A DNA stretch of 64,000 bases from Anaeromyxobacteraceae bacterium. GTDB lineage: Bacteria > Myxococcota > Myxococcia > Myxococcales > Anaeromyxobacteraceae. The translations under genes were made by a program, and so were the position numbers. This document shows, piece by piece, positions 19,204 to 28,588 of this stretch. Each line of letters opens with the position of its first letter. Within the stretch, counting starts at the first letter, position 1. Under the pieces are notes generated by a model that was given only the letters and a program-made list of their open reading frames with translations, made no database searches and was not told the DNA's origin. The DNA lies in NCBI GenBank assembly GCA_047602405.1, contig JASGHJ010000001.1, positions 1,440,001 through 1,504,000 on the forward strand, read 5' to 3'.

Positions 19204-20346
19204 ATGGCGCGCATCCTCTACGGCGTGGCGGGCGAGGGCATGGGCCACGCCATCCGCTCCCGCGTCATCATCGACCACCTCGCGCGCGAGCACGACGTGC
19301 AGGTCGTCGTCTCCGGCCGCGCCCACGACTACCTGAAGGCCCGCGAGCACGATCGCCTCGGGGTGAAGAAGATCTGGGGCCTCACCATCGTGTACGAGGA
19401 CAACACGGTCCGGAACCTCCGCACCGTGCTGTCGAACCTGCGGACCGGCGTGCTCGGGGGCGTGCCCGGGAACGTGAAGACCTACTTCGAGCTCGTCGAG
19501 GCCTTCCGGCCCGAGGTGGTGGTCACCGACTTCGAGACCTGGAGCGCGATCTTCGCGAAGCGCCACCGGCTGCCGTGCATCTCGGTGGACAACATCCAGG
19601 TCCTCAACCGCTGCGAGCACCCCGACGAGATCATCCGCGGCGAGCGGCAGGCGTACCTCGTCGGCAAGGGGCTCGTGAAGGCCAAGGTCGGCCCCTGCTA
19701 CCACTACCTCGTCTCCACCTTCTTCTACCCGAAGGTCGTGAAGCCCCGCACGACGCTGCACCCGCCGGCCTTCCGCCCGGAGATCCTCGCCGCGCGGCCG
19801 GAGCGGGGCGAGCACCTCGTCGTCTACCAGACCTCCACCTCGAACGCCGGGCTGCCCGCGATCCTCGCGCACAGCGGCCTCGAGTGCCGGATCTACGGGC
19901 TGCGCCGCGAGCTCGCGGAGGACGTGCGCGAGGGGAACCTCGTGTACCGGCCGTTCAGCGAGCAGACCTTCGTCGAGGACCTCCGCACCGCCCGCGCGGT
20001 CGTCTCCGGCGGCTCGTTCACGCTCATGAGCGAGGCCGTCTACCTGCACAAGCCGATGCTCTCGGTGCCGGTGCAGCGGCAGATCGAGCAGATCATGAAC
20101 GCCCGCTGGCTCGAGAAGCTCGGCTACGGCGTGGAGGCCGACCACATCACCGAGGGGAACCTCGCGGCGTTCCTCGAGCGGCTGCCCGACCTCGAGCGGA
20201 AGATCGCGGAGTACCGGCAGGACGGGAACGCCGACCTCCTCGGCAGCCTCGACCGCGTCCTCGCGCGCGCGCTCTCCGGCGCCCCGGCGGACGGCGACGA
20301 CGACGCGCACGACGAGGGCCCGGCCCTCGAGGACCCGCTCCTCTAG
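19204..20346 (+). CDS. GT-B glycosyltransferase, MJ1255/VC2487-like family
   Basis: [44 protein letters not shown]. Confidence 0.85.
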   Translation: MARILYGVAGEGMGHAIRSRVIIDHLAREHDVQVVVSGRAHDYLKAREHDRLGVKKIWGLTIVYEDNTVRNLRTVLSNLRTGVLGGVPGNVKTYFELVEAFRPEVVVTDFETWSAIFAKRHRLPCISVDNIQVLNRCEHPDEIIRGERQAYLVGKGLVKAKVGPCYHYLVSTFFYPKVVKPRTTLHPPAFRPEILAARPERGEHLVVYQTSTSNAGLPAILAHSGLECRIYGLRRELAEDVREGNLVYRPFSEQTFVEDLRTARAVVSGGSFTLMSEAVYLHKPMLSVPVQRQIEQIMNARWLEKLGYGVEADHITEGNLAAFLERLPDLERKIAEYRQDGNADLLGSLDRVLARALSGAPADGDDDAHDEGPALEDPLL

Positions 20347-20348
20347 CG

Positions 20349-20810
20349 ATGCGCCTCCGGGTCGTCGCCGTCGGGAAGGACCGCTCCGGGCTCTACGCGC
20401 CGGCGGTCGAGGAGTACGCGAAGCGGCTCGGTCGCCACGCCCGCTTCGAGCTCGTCGAGGTGCCCGAGGCGAGGAAGCACGCCGGCACCGCGCAGGCGCG
20501 CGAGGAGGAGGCGGGCTCGGTCCTGGCGAAGCTCGACCCGCGCGAGCGGGTGGTGCTCCTCGACGAGCGCGGCGACGAGCCGACGAGCGTCGAGCTCGCG
20601 CGCCGCCTGGAGAAGTGGCTCGCCGGCGGGAAGGACCTCGTCTTCGTGCTCGGCGGCTCGGACGGCCACGGCGCGGCGGTGGTGGCCCGCGCGAACGAGA
20701 AGCTCGCCCTCTCCCGCATGACGCTCGCCCACCGGCTCGCCCGCGTCGTCCTCCTCGAGCAGCTCTACCGCGCGTTCACGATCGTGCGCGGCGAGCCGTA
20801 CCACAAGTGA
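20349..20810 (+). CDS. rlmH: 23S rRNA (pseudouridine1915-N3)-methyltransferase
   Basis: [41 protein letters not shown]; 153 aa. Confidence 0.95.
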   Translation: MRLRVVAVGKDRSGLYAPAVEEYAKRLGRHARFELVEVPEARKHAGTAQAREEEAGSVLAKLDPRERVVLLDERGDEPTSVELARRLEKWLAGGKDLVFVLGGSDGHGAAVVARANEKLALSRMTLAHRLARVVLLEQLYRAFTIVRGEPYHK

Positions 20811-20820
20811 GGTGCTCCCC

Positions 20821-21768
20821 ATGACCCGCACCGCCGCCGCACCGCTCCTCGCCCTCGCCGTCCTCGCCGCCGGCTGCGCCGGCCCGCGCCCGCCGCCCGC
20901 GCCGCTGGCACCCTACCGCTCGATGGGCGACCTCCTCGCCGCCTCGAAGGCGGAGGACTGGCGGGCGCTGCGGCTCGAGGACGCGGTGGTGCTCGAGCTG
21001 CCCGCTGGCCGCGTGGTGCTCGAGCTCGCGCCGGCGTTCGCCCCGCGCCACGCCGCGAACGTGAAGGCGCTCGTGAGGGGCGGGTACCTCGACGGCCTCG
21101 CCATCCTCCGCTCGCAGGACAACTTCGTCGTGCAGTGGGGCGACCCCGACGGCGACGACGAGCGGAAGGCGCGCCCGTTCCCGCCGGGCGCGGAGCGGCA
21201 CCTCCCCGCGGAGTTCACCCGCGCCGCCGCCGGGCTCCCGTTCCACCGGCTCCCCGACCCGGACGGCTGGGCGCCGGAGGTCGGCTTCGTCGATGGGCTC
21301 GCCGCCGCGCGCGATCCCGCGTCGAACCAGGCCTGGCTCGCGCACTGCTACGGCGCCATCGGCGCGGGGCGCGGCGAGGCGGCCGACTCGTCGAACGGCG
21401 CGGAGCTCTACGTCGTGATCGGCCACGCGCCGCGCCAGCTCGACCGGAACATCACGGTCGTGGGCCGGGTGGTCGAGGGCATGGAGGTCCTCGCCGTCGT
21501 GCCGCGCGGACCGGCGCCGATGGGCTTCTTCGAGCGGCCCGAGCAGCGCGTCCCGATCCGCCGGGCGCGGCTCGCCGCGGACCTGCCCGAGGCCGAGCGC
21601 CCGCGCCTCGAGGTGCTCCGCACCGACACCGCGCTCTTCGACGCGATCCTCGAGGCGCGCCGCAACCGCCGCGACGGCTGGTACAAGCGGCCCGCCGGCC
21701 ACCTCGACCTGTGCCTCGCGCCGCTCCCGGTCCGGCCCGCGCCGATCCCGGTGCGCGTGAGCCCCTGA
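20821..21768 (+). CDS. Cyclophilin-type peptidyl-prolyl isomerase, lipoprotein
   Basis: Lipobox [38 protein letters not shown]. Confidence 0.8.
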   Translation: MTRTAAAPLLALAVLAAGCAGPRPPPAPLAPYRSMGDLLAASKAEDWRALRLEDAVVLELPAGRVVLELAPAFAPRHAANVKALVRGGYLDGLAILRSQDNFVVQWGDPDGDDERKARPFPPGAERHLPAEFTRAAAGLPFHRLPDPDGWAPEVGFVDGLAAARDPASNQAWLAHCYGAIGAGRGEAADSSNGAELYVVIGHAPRQLDRNITVVGRVVEGMEVLAVVPRGPAPMGFFERPEQRVPIRRARLAADLPEAERPRLEVLRTDTALFDAILEARRNRRDGWYKRPAGHLDLCLAPLPVRPAPIPVRVSP

Positions 21769-21801
21769 CACGCTAGGCGAAGGTGACGGAGAGACCGCCC
21801 G

Positions 21802-23128
21802 ATGTTCACCGCCGAGCGCCCGCCCGAACCCGCCGCCGGACAGGACGCACCGCCCGCGGCGGCGATGGACCACGTGCCGAAGGGCACGACGCCGACGTGG
21901 GAGATGGAGCTGCTCCTCTCCGGCGCGACGGTCTTCGGCCTCCTGCAGCTGCCCGGCGTCATCGACCCGCCCTTCTTCAAGCTGATGATGCGGCTCGACG
22001 ACGGGCTCGGGCCGGGCGTCACCGTGCTGTGGCTGTACCTGCGGACCTCCATCCTCACGCTGTCCGCGACCTTCGTGGTGCACCTCGCGCTGCGCGCCTA
22101 CTGGGCGGCGCTCGTCGGGATGCGCTCCGTCTACCCCGGGCCGATCCGGTGGGAGCGGCTGCGCGTCGGGCCCATCCAGCGGGAGGCGGTGGAGCGGGAC
22201 CTCGCCGACGTCGAGGCCCGCATCGAGGCGTCCGACAACCGGGCCACGCGGGTGTTCGGCCTCGGCGTCGCGGCCGCGTTCCTGATCCTCCTCCCGCTCG
22301 CCTTCGTCGCGGTGGGCGTGGGCCTCGGCTGGGCCATCCACCGGCTCGGCGGCCCCGAGGCGACGCCCAGCACGATCTTCGCCGCGCTGGGGGTGCTGAT
22401 CGTCCCCTTCGCCGTCCTCGCCTTCGTCGATCGCCGGCTCGGCAAGCGGATCGGGCCCGGCCGGCTCCGCCGCGGCCTGGCGTCCGCGTTCCGCGCCTAC
22501 TACCGCATCGGCTTCGGCGGCGCCGCGAACCCGCTCGTGGCCCTGTTCCAGTCCGCCGAGGGGACGGCCCGCACGATGTTCATCCTGGTCGGGACGATGG
22601 TCCTCGCCATCGTGCTCGTGATGAACCAGTTCCGCGCGGCCATGGGCGACGAGACCGTCGGCGACTACGCCGGCCTCCCGGAGGACGACGCCGGCGCGCT
22701 GCAGTCCTCCTCCCCGCAGCACTACGCGAGCCAGCGCCAGCCCGGCCTCGTGTTGCCCGTGCCGTACATCCCCGACCGTGTGGTGAAGGGGCCATACGTG
22801 GAGCTTCTTCGTGCCGTACCGCCCCGCCCGCCACGCGCCCGCGATGCGCGCGGCGTGCGGCGAGGCGGTGTCGGTGGTCGAGCACGAGGGCCCGCCCGCC
22901 GAGGCGCTCGCCTGCCTCGCCCGCATCCTCGACGTCCGGCTCGACGGCGCGCCGGTCTCGGCGCCGCTCGAGGCGTCCGCCGATCCCTTGAACGACGCGC
23001 GCGGGGTCGTCCTGATGATCCCGGCGCAGGACCTCGCGCCCGGCCGCCACGAGCTCACCGTCGCCCGGCTCGCGCGCAAGGGCGCCGTGAAGCCCGCCGA
23101 GCCCTTCCGCATCCCGTTCTGGAGGTAG
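21802..23128 (+). CDS. Hypothetical multi-pass membrane protein (apparent +1 frameshift near 22805)
   Basis: TM-rich N-part in the 21802 frame. Host-like coding continues in the 22811-23128 frame. Removing one T from GAGCTTCTTC gives the continuous YVELFVPYRP. Confidence 0.65.
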
Positions 23129-23131
23129 CCC

Positions 23132-23821
23132 GTGTACGCCCTCTACGTCGGCAATAAGAACTACTCGTCCTGGTCGCTGCGCCCGTGGGCGCTCCTCACC
23201 GAGCTCGCCATCCCGTTCGAGGAGCGCTTCCAGCGCTTCGAGGGGAACGGCAGCCCGTCCTTCAAGAAGTTCTCGCCGTCGGGCCGGGTGCCGTGCCTCG
23301 TCGATGGGGAGACCGTGGTGTGGGACTCGCTCGCCATCGCCGAGTACGTGGCCGAGGACCACCCGCGCGTGTGGCCGGAGGAGCGGCGGGCCCGCGCCTT
23401 CGCGCGCTCGGCGGCGGCCGAGATGCACTCGTCGTTCCTCGAGCTCAGGAACCGCTGCTCGATGAGCGTCGGCGTCCGCATCCAGCTCCACGAGCACCCG
23501 CCCGCGCTGCAGCGCGACCTCGATCGGATCGCGGCGCTCTGGCAGGACGGCCTCGCGCGCTTCGGCGGCCCGTTCCTCGCCGGGCCGAGGTTCACGGCGG
23601 TCGACGCCTTCTACGCGCCGGTCGCGTTCCGGCTCCAGACCTACGGCCTCTCGCTCGGCGGCGCGGCCGACGCCTACGCGCGGCGGCTCCTCGCGCTCGG
23701 CGCGTGCCGCCGCTGGGAGGCCGACGCGCTCGCCGAGGACTTCCGCGACGTCGGGCACGAGGGCGAGATCCTGGCGTCCGGGAAGCTCGTGAAGGACCTC
23801 CGCGTCCCGCCGGCGCGCTGA
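23132..23821 (+). CDS. Glutathione S-transferase family protein
   Basis: GNKNYSSWSLRPW, SPSGRVPCL, WDSLAIAEY, AEMHS, DAFYAPV. Confidence 0.9.
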   Translation: MYALYVGNKNYSSWSLRPWALLTELAIPFEERFQRFEGNGSPSFKKFSPSGRVPCLVDGETVVWDSLAIAEYVAEDHPRVWPEERRARAFARSAAAEMHSSFLELRNRCSMSVGVRIQLHEHPPALQRDLDRIAALWQDGLARFGGPFLAGPRFTAVDAFYAPVAFRLQTYGLSLGGAADAYARRLLALGACRRWEADALAEDFRDVGHEGEILASGKLVKDLRVPPAR

Positions 23822-24019
23822 CCGGGGCCCCCCGGAGGCGTGCACCACCGGGTACAGCTTCACCCTTCGTGCGAGCTCCGGCCCCGCTCACGCCCCGGCC
23901 GGATGTGGAGCATGACTTCGCGTGAAGACGATTCTCGCGCCGGGCCGCGCGCCGAGCTTGCGGGCGAGGTGGGCGTGCGCTTACAGGCATGAGGCTGCCC
24001 CCTCTCCCCAGGAGTCCTC

Positions 24020-24481
24020 ATGCGAACGTTCGTACCGCTCGCGGCGACCGCCCTCGCCGCGCTGCTCCTCGCGAGCCCCGCGCTCGCCCAGCACGCCGGC
24101 AAGCACGACGCCGCCTCGAAGGCGAAGGACGCCGACGAGGCGGCCGACGGCCCCGCCGCGCAGGCCGCCGCCGTCGATCCCTCCACCGGCAAGCTCCGGG
24201 CGCTGACGCCCGAGGAGGCCCGCGCCCTCGTCGAGGCGATGGCCCCGAACCTCTCGCAGACCACCGAAGGACTCCGCGAGGTCCAGCACACCGGTGGCGC
24301 GGTCTCGGTCGACCTCGAGGGCCGCTTCGAGTCCGCCACGGTCGCGAAGCTCGCGACCGGCGGGAACGTCGAGACCCGGTGCGTGACGACGAAGGCCGAG
24401 GCCGAGCAGTTCCTGGCCCCGCCGAAGCCGGCCGCGAAGGCCCGCAAGGCCGCCTCCACCCCCGCCCTCGAGGTGAAGTGA
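24020..24481 (+). CDS. Small secreted protein with VDPxTGKLR motif (post-PEP-CTERM-1-like), partner of the downstream peptidase
   Basis: Signal peptide; AAVDPSTGKLRALTPEEARAL..GAVSVDLEGRF; stop is 1 bp before the peptidase ATG. Confidence 0.7.
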   Translation: MRTFVPLAATALAALLLASPALAQHAGKHDAASKAKDADEAADGPAAQAAAVDPSTGKLRALTPEEARALVEAMAPNLSQTTEGLREVQHTGGAVSVDLEGRFESATVAKLATGGNVETRCVTTKAEAEQFLAPPKPAAKARKAASTPALEVK

Positions 24482-24482
24482 C

Positions 24483-26180
24483 ATGCGTCGCCACCTCCTC
24501 GCCCTCGCGCTCTCCGCCGCGCTGCCCCTCCACGCCCTCGCCGCCACGATCACCATCGTGAACGTCAACGCCGCGGGCGTCGGCTTCAACGACCCGACCC
24601 CGGCCGCGCCGGTCGGCGGCAACCCGGGCACCACCGTCGGGGCCCAGCGCCTCATCGCCTTCCAGCACGCCGCCAGCATCTGGGGCGCCACGCTCGACTC
24701 CGCCGCCGAGATCCGGATCCAGTCGTCCTTCGTCCCGCTGTCGTGCACCGCGACCGCGGCGACGCTCGGCTCGGCGGGCGCCATCCAGATCTTCCGCGAC
24801 TTCCCCGGCGCGGCCTACGCGAACACCTGGTACCACGTGGCGCTCGCGAACAAGCTCGCCGGCGGCGACCTCGCCCCCGGCGACGCGAACACGAACGCCG
24901 ACGACATCCGCGCGCGCTTCAACTCGGACATCGGCAAGGCCACCTGCCTCGCCGGGACCACCTGGTACTACGGCCTCGACACCGGCCACGCCGCGAACCA
25001 GATCAACCTCGTCACCGTCCTCCTCCACGAGTTCGCGCACGGCCTCGGCTTCTCGAGCTTCGCGAACGTGAGCACCGGCCAGTACGCGCTCGGCCTCTCC
25101 GACGTGTACTCGAAGTTCTACTACGACGACACGAAGGCCAAGGCGCGCGACGACATGACCGACGCGGAGCGGCTCGCGTCGGCGGTCAACCCGCGCAACG
25201 TGGTCTGGACCGGCCCGAAGGTGGGCTCCCAGGTCACCGCGGTGCTCGCGCAGGGGACGCCCATCGTGCACGTGAACTCCCCCGCCGGGCTCGGCGACCT
25301 GCAGGTCGGCCCCGCCTCCTTCGGCCCGGCGCTCGGGACGCCCGGGGTCTCCGGCGACGTCGTGCTCGCGCTCGACGGCCAGAACGCGTCGGGGCCCTCG
25401 GCCTTCGACGCCTGCACCGCGCTCACCAACGCGGGCTCGGTGAGCGGCAGGATCGCGCTCGTCGACCGCGGGACGTGCGGGTTCGTGGTGAAGGTGAAGA
25501 ACGCGCAGAACGCGGGCGCGATCGCCGTGATCGTGGCCGACAACGTCGCGGGTGGCCCGCCGTCCGGCCTCGGCGGCGCGGACCCCACCATCACCATCCC
25601 CTCCGTGCGCATCACGCTCGCCGACGGCAACGCGGTCAGGGCCGCGCTGCTCGCCGGGCAGGTCAACGTCACGCTCGGCGTGGACCTGTCCCTGCGCGCG
25701 GGCGCCGACCGGCAGAACCGCCCGATGCTCTACACGCCGAACCCGGTGCAGCCGGGCTCGACGGTCTCCCACTGGGACACGCTCGCCACCCCGAACCAGC
25801 TGATGGAGCCGGCCATCAACGGCGACCTCACGCTCGCGGTGGACGCGCCGGCCGATCTCACCCGCGCGCAGCTGCGGGACGTGGGTTGGTTCCCGGACGG
25901 CGACCTCGACGGCGCGGCCGACGACGCGGGCGATCAGTGCCTCGGGTCGGACCTCCGCTCGACGATCATCGTCGGCGGGATCGACACCAAGGTGGCGAAC
26001 ACGTTCTTCACGAACGGCTGCTCGATCCGCGACCTCATCCAGCGCTGCGACGCCGACGCCCTCAACCACGGCGACTACGTGAGCTGCTCCGCGAACCTCG
26101 CGAACCAGCTCGCCGCGCAGGGCTTCATCACGGTCCAGCAGAAGGGCGCCATCCAGAGCGCCGTCGCCCGCGACCACTAG
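24483..26180 (+). CDS. Secreted PA-domain zinc metallopeptidase
   Basis: Signal peptide; HEFAHGLGF zincin motif; PA domain IALVDRGTCGFVVKVKNAQNAGAIAVIV; SHWD..LMEP. Confidence 0.88.
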   Translation: MRRHLLALALSAALPLHALAATITIVNVNAAGVGFNDPTPAAPVGGNPGTTVGAQRLIAFQHAASIWGATLDSAAEIRIQSSFVPLSCTATAATLGSAGAIQIFRDFPGAAYANTWYHVALANKLAGGDLAPGDANTNADDIRARFNSDIGKATCLAGTTWYYGLDTGHAANQINLVTVLLHEFAHGLGFSSFANVSTGQYALGLSDVYSKFYYDDTKAKARDDMTDAERLASAVNPRNVVWTGPKVGSQVTAVLAQGTPIVHVNSPAGLGDLQVGPASFGPALGTPGVSGDVVLALDGQNASGPSAFDACTALTNAGSVSGRIALVDRGTCGFVVKVKNAQNAGAIAVIVADNVAGGPPSGLGGADPTITIPSVRITLADGNAVRAALLAGQVNVTLGVDLSLRAGADRQNRPMLYTPNPVQPGSTVSHWDTLATPNQLMEPAINGDLTLAVDAPADLTRAQLRDVGWFPDGDLDGAADDAGDQCLGSDLRSTIIVGGIDTKVANTFFTNGCSIRDLIQRCDADALNHGDYVSCSANLANQLAAQGFITVQQKGAIQSAVARDH

Positions 26181-26193
26181 CGGGGGATCCACC

Positions 26194-26235
26194 ACGGGGC
26201 GGGGCGGTCCACCGGGCCGTCCCGCCCCGTCTTTT
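26194..26235 (+). terminator. Intrinsic terminator
   Basis: ACGGGGCGGGGCGGTCC-ACC-GGGCCGTCCCGCCCCGT then CTTTT, 13 bp after the peptidase stop. Confidence 0.75.
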
Positions 26236-26240
26236 CTGGG

Positions 26241-26309
26241 GATCTTCGGGTGCCGGACACGCACGGCCCGCGTGTCCGGCACCCGAAGATCGTGCGTGTC
26301 CGGCACCCG
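26241..26309. repeat. 22-bp perfect inverted repeat built on the GTGTCCGGCACC motif, plus a third direct copy
   Basis: GATCTTCGGGTGCCGGACACGC (26241-26262), 7-nt loop, GCGTGTCCGGCACCCGAAGATC (26270-26291); further copy at 26296-26307. Confidence 0.85.
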
Positions 26310-26355
26310 CGGTCCCGCCCGAACCCCCGGCGCCCCGGCGCGGCTCTCCCGGGGC

Positions 26356-26757
26356 ATGACCACCCCCGCGCTCGGCCTCCTCGTCCTCGGGCTGTTCGCG
26401 GCCTTCGTCGTGGCCTCGCAGGTCGCCCTCCGCCGCCGCTCGCGCGCGCTCGTCGGGACCCGGCCGCCCGCGCTCCCCGGCCCCTCCGGCGCGAGGCTCG
26501 CCGCGGCGCCGCGCGCGCTCGCCTACTTCTGGAGCCCGAGCTGCGGCGCGTGCCGGGCGATCACCCCGCGCGTGAAGGCGCTCGCCGCGGCGAACCCCGG
26601 CGTCGTCGCGGTCGACGTCACCCGGGAGCTCGAGCTCGCCCGCGCGCTCGGGGTCATGGCGACGCCGACCTTCGTCGAGCTCGAGGCGGGCGCGATCGTC
26701 GGCCACCACGTCGGCCCGGTGGGCGACGCGGTGCTCGGGCGCTACCGACCCGCCTGA
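26356..26757 (+). CDS. Membrane-anchored thioredoxin family protein
   Basis: N-terminal TM segment, FWSPSCGAC, GVMATPT cis-Pro loop. Confidence 0.8.
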   Translation: MTTPALGLLVLGLFAAFVVASQVALRRRSRALVGTRPPALPGPSGARLAAAPRALAYFWSPSCGACRAITPRVKALAAANPGVVAVDVTRELELARALGVMATPTFVELEAGAIVGHHVGPVGDAVLGRYRPA

Positions 26758-27354
26758 TCAGGGCGCCGGGCCGAGCGCCATCGCGACCACCGCCCAGTCG
26801 TCGGTCGCGTCCCGGTAGCGGTGGATCGTCTCGAAGCCGACCCGCGCGTGCGCGCGGAGGGAGCGGCCGTTCCGCGCCGAGATCTCGGTGACGACGACGT
26901 CGTAGCGGCCGGCGAGGAGCCGGCGGTGCCCGTCGTACAGCGCGTCGAACACGCCGCGCCCGCGCCACGCCGGCGCGACGCAGACCTGGCCCATCACGTA
27001 GTGCCGGAGCGCGGCGAGCGCCCGGCCGCGAAACGAGAGCCCGCGCAGGAGCTCGAACATCGGCGCGAGGACCGGTACCCACGGCGCGGCCTCCACCGGC
27101 ATCACGAGCGCGTAGCCGGCGAGCGGGGCCGCGTCGCCCGCGGGGCCGCCCACGGCCGCGACCACGCTCGGCGCGAGCGCGTGCATCCGCCGGAGCGTCT
27201 CGAGGTCGTGGCGGACCGTGACGAAGCCGTCCCGGGCGGCGGCCTCGGGGCCGAGCGTGGCGGCGAGCTGCGACGCCTGCAGCGCGAGGATCGCGCGGAG
27301 ATCGCCGTCGCCCGCGGCGGGCCGGACCTCGAGCGCGGGCGCCACCCCGGTCAA
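26758..27354 (-). CDS. GNAT family N-acetyltransferase
   Basis: C-terminal part of the 26758-28095 ORF: GFVTVRH, MGQVCVAPAWRGRG, NGRSLRAHARVGF. Start is TTG 27354 or GTG 27345. Confidence 0.8.
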   Translation of the reverse strand: MTGVAPALEVRPAAGDGDLRAILALQASQLAATLGPEAAARDGFVTVRHDLETLRRMHALAPSVVAAVGGPAGDAAPLAGYALVMPVEAAPWVPVLAPMFELLRGLSFRGRALAALRHYVMGQVCVAPAWRGRGVFDALYDGHRRLLAGRYDVVVTEISARNGRSLRAHARVGFETIHRYRDATDDWAVVAMALGPAP

Positions 27355-27359
27355 GCGCG

Positions 27360-28145
27360 CTACCTCGGCGCCGGCCGCGCGCCGAGGATCTCGACGTCGA
27401 ACGCGAGCGTCGCGCCGCCCGCGATCTTCGGCGGGCGGCCCTGGTCGCCGTAGGCCGTCTCGGGCGGGCAGACGAGCCGCGCCTTCGTGCCGATCGCGAG
27501 CCTCGGCAAGGCCTCGTTCCAGCACGGGATCACGCGCCCGAGCGGGAGCTCGGCGTCCGCGCGCTCGTCGAACGGTGCGTCGCCCCCGGCGACCGTCCCC
27601 CGGTACGCGACGCGCACGAGGTCGGCCGCGCCGGGGAGGGGGCCCTTCCCGGCCGCGATCGTCCGCACCACCACGCCGCTCGCGAGCCGCTCGGCGCCCG
27701 GGAGCGCCGCCTCGGCCGCCGCGAACTTCCGCCCCTTCGCGAGCTCGGCCGCGAGCTCGGGGTGGCTGCGCTTCTTGAGGAGCTCGTCCACCTTCGTGCC
27801 CCAGGCCTCGAGGTCGGGGTCCTCGAGGGCGAGCTTCCGCGCGCGGGCGGCGTCGGCGAAGCCGCGCTCCACCTCGGCGAGCTCCGCCGGCGCGAGCGCG
27901 TAGGGCGCGACGCGCGTGCCGAGCAGCGCCCCCAGCGCGTAGAGCCCCTCGCGGTCCTCGGGGCCGAGCGGCGTCTTTGGCGCGGCGCGGAACTCCTTCG
28001 CGGCCTTCTCGAAGCGCTCGCGCTCCTCGGCGCGCTCCTCGGCCTCGGACTCCTTGCGGCAGGCGCCGAGCGCGAGGGCGCACGCGAGGACGCACAGCGC
28101 GGCGAGGGCGAAGGCGGGCGGACGGAGCGTCGGGGTGAGGTTCAC
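27360..28145 (-). CDS. FKBP-type peptidyl-prolyl isomerase (FkpA/Mip-like lipoprotein)
   Basis: Lipobox LGAC; YALG dimerisation helix; VIPCWNEAL, PPETAYG, LAFDVEIL; GTG start at 28145 overlaps the upstream stop. Confidence 0.85.
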   Translation of the reverse strand: MNLTPTLRPPAFALAALCVLACALALGACRKESEAEERAEERERFEKAAKEFRAAPKTPLGPEDREGLYALGALLGTRVAPYALAPAELAEVERGFADAARARKLALEDPDLEAWGTKVDELLKKRSHPELAAELAKGRKFAAAEAALPGAERLASGVVVRTIAAGKGPLPGAADLVRVAYRGTVAGGDAPFDERADAELPLGRVIPCWNEALPRLAIGTKARLVCPPETAYGDQGRPPKIAGGATLAFDVEILGARPAPR

Positions 28146-28411
28146 TTGTCGTCCTTGTGGTCCGCGGGGGCGTCGGAATCGGCGGGCGGCGGCTTCGGGC
28201 GGGGCAGCGGCTTCACGGGGTGGACGCGCCTCTCCTTCCGGCGCGCGGCGGGGGGGAGCTCGCGGAGGGGAGGGGATGCGTCGTGCCGCGATCCGCCGAC
28301 CTCCGCGCCGCGCTGCACCGGCGCCTCGGTGCCCGGTTCCGTACGCCCGTCGGGTGGGTCGGCGGGAGGGTCGCCGGCGAGGGCCATCGCGACGAGGAGC
28401 GAAGTCCACAT
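28142..28411 (-). CDS. Small secreted protein (89 aa) similar to the N-terminal pro-region-like segment of the divergent 1061-aa protein
   Basis: MWTSLLVAMALAG... with a GGAGGG RBS-like sequence upstream; stop overlaps the FKBP start (GTGA); motif HDASPPLRELPP. Confidence 0.6.
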   Translation of the reverse strand: MWTSLLVAMALAGDPPADPPDGRTEPGTEAPVQRGAEVGGSRHDASPPLRELPPAARRKERRVHPVKPLPRPKPPPADSDAPADHKDDK

Positions 28412-28588
28412 GGCCACGAGGGTTTCTCCCCTCCGTCCGGATGTCAACGCGGACCCGCCCGGGTATCCCACATGGGGCAGAACGTCGCAGCCTACACTCA
28501 GGGTTCGATATGAGCTTCCCAGCAGCCGGGCGCAGGCACGTCGCTCCCCCCCACGACCCCTCGCCTCCGCGCCCGGACGGGAGATCAC

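Noticed and set aside
26241..26309. 12-mer clusters as a mini CRISPR array
   Set aside because: Repeats are too short, spacers are about 12 bp, orientation is mixed, there are only 2-3 units, and no cas genes are present.
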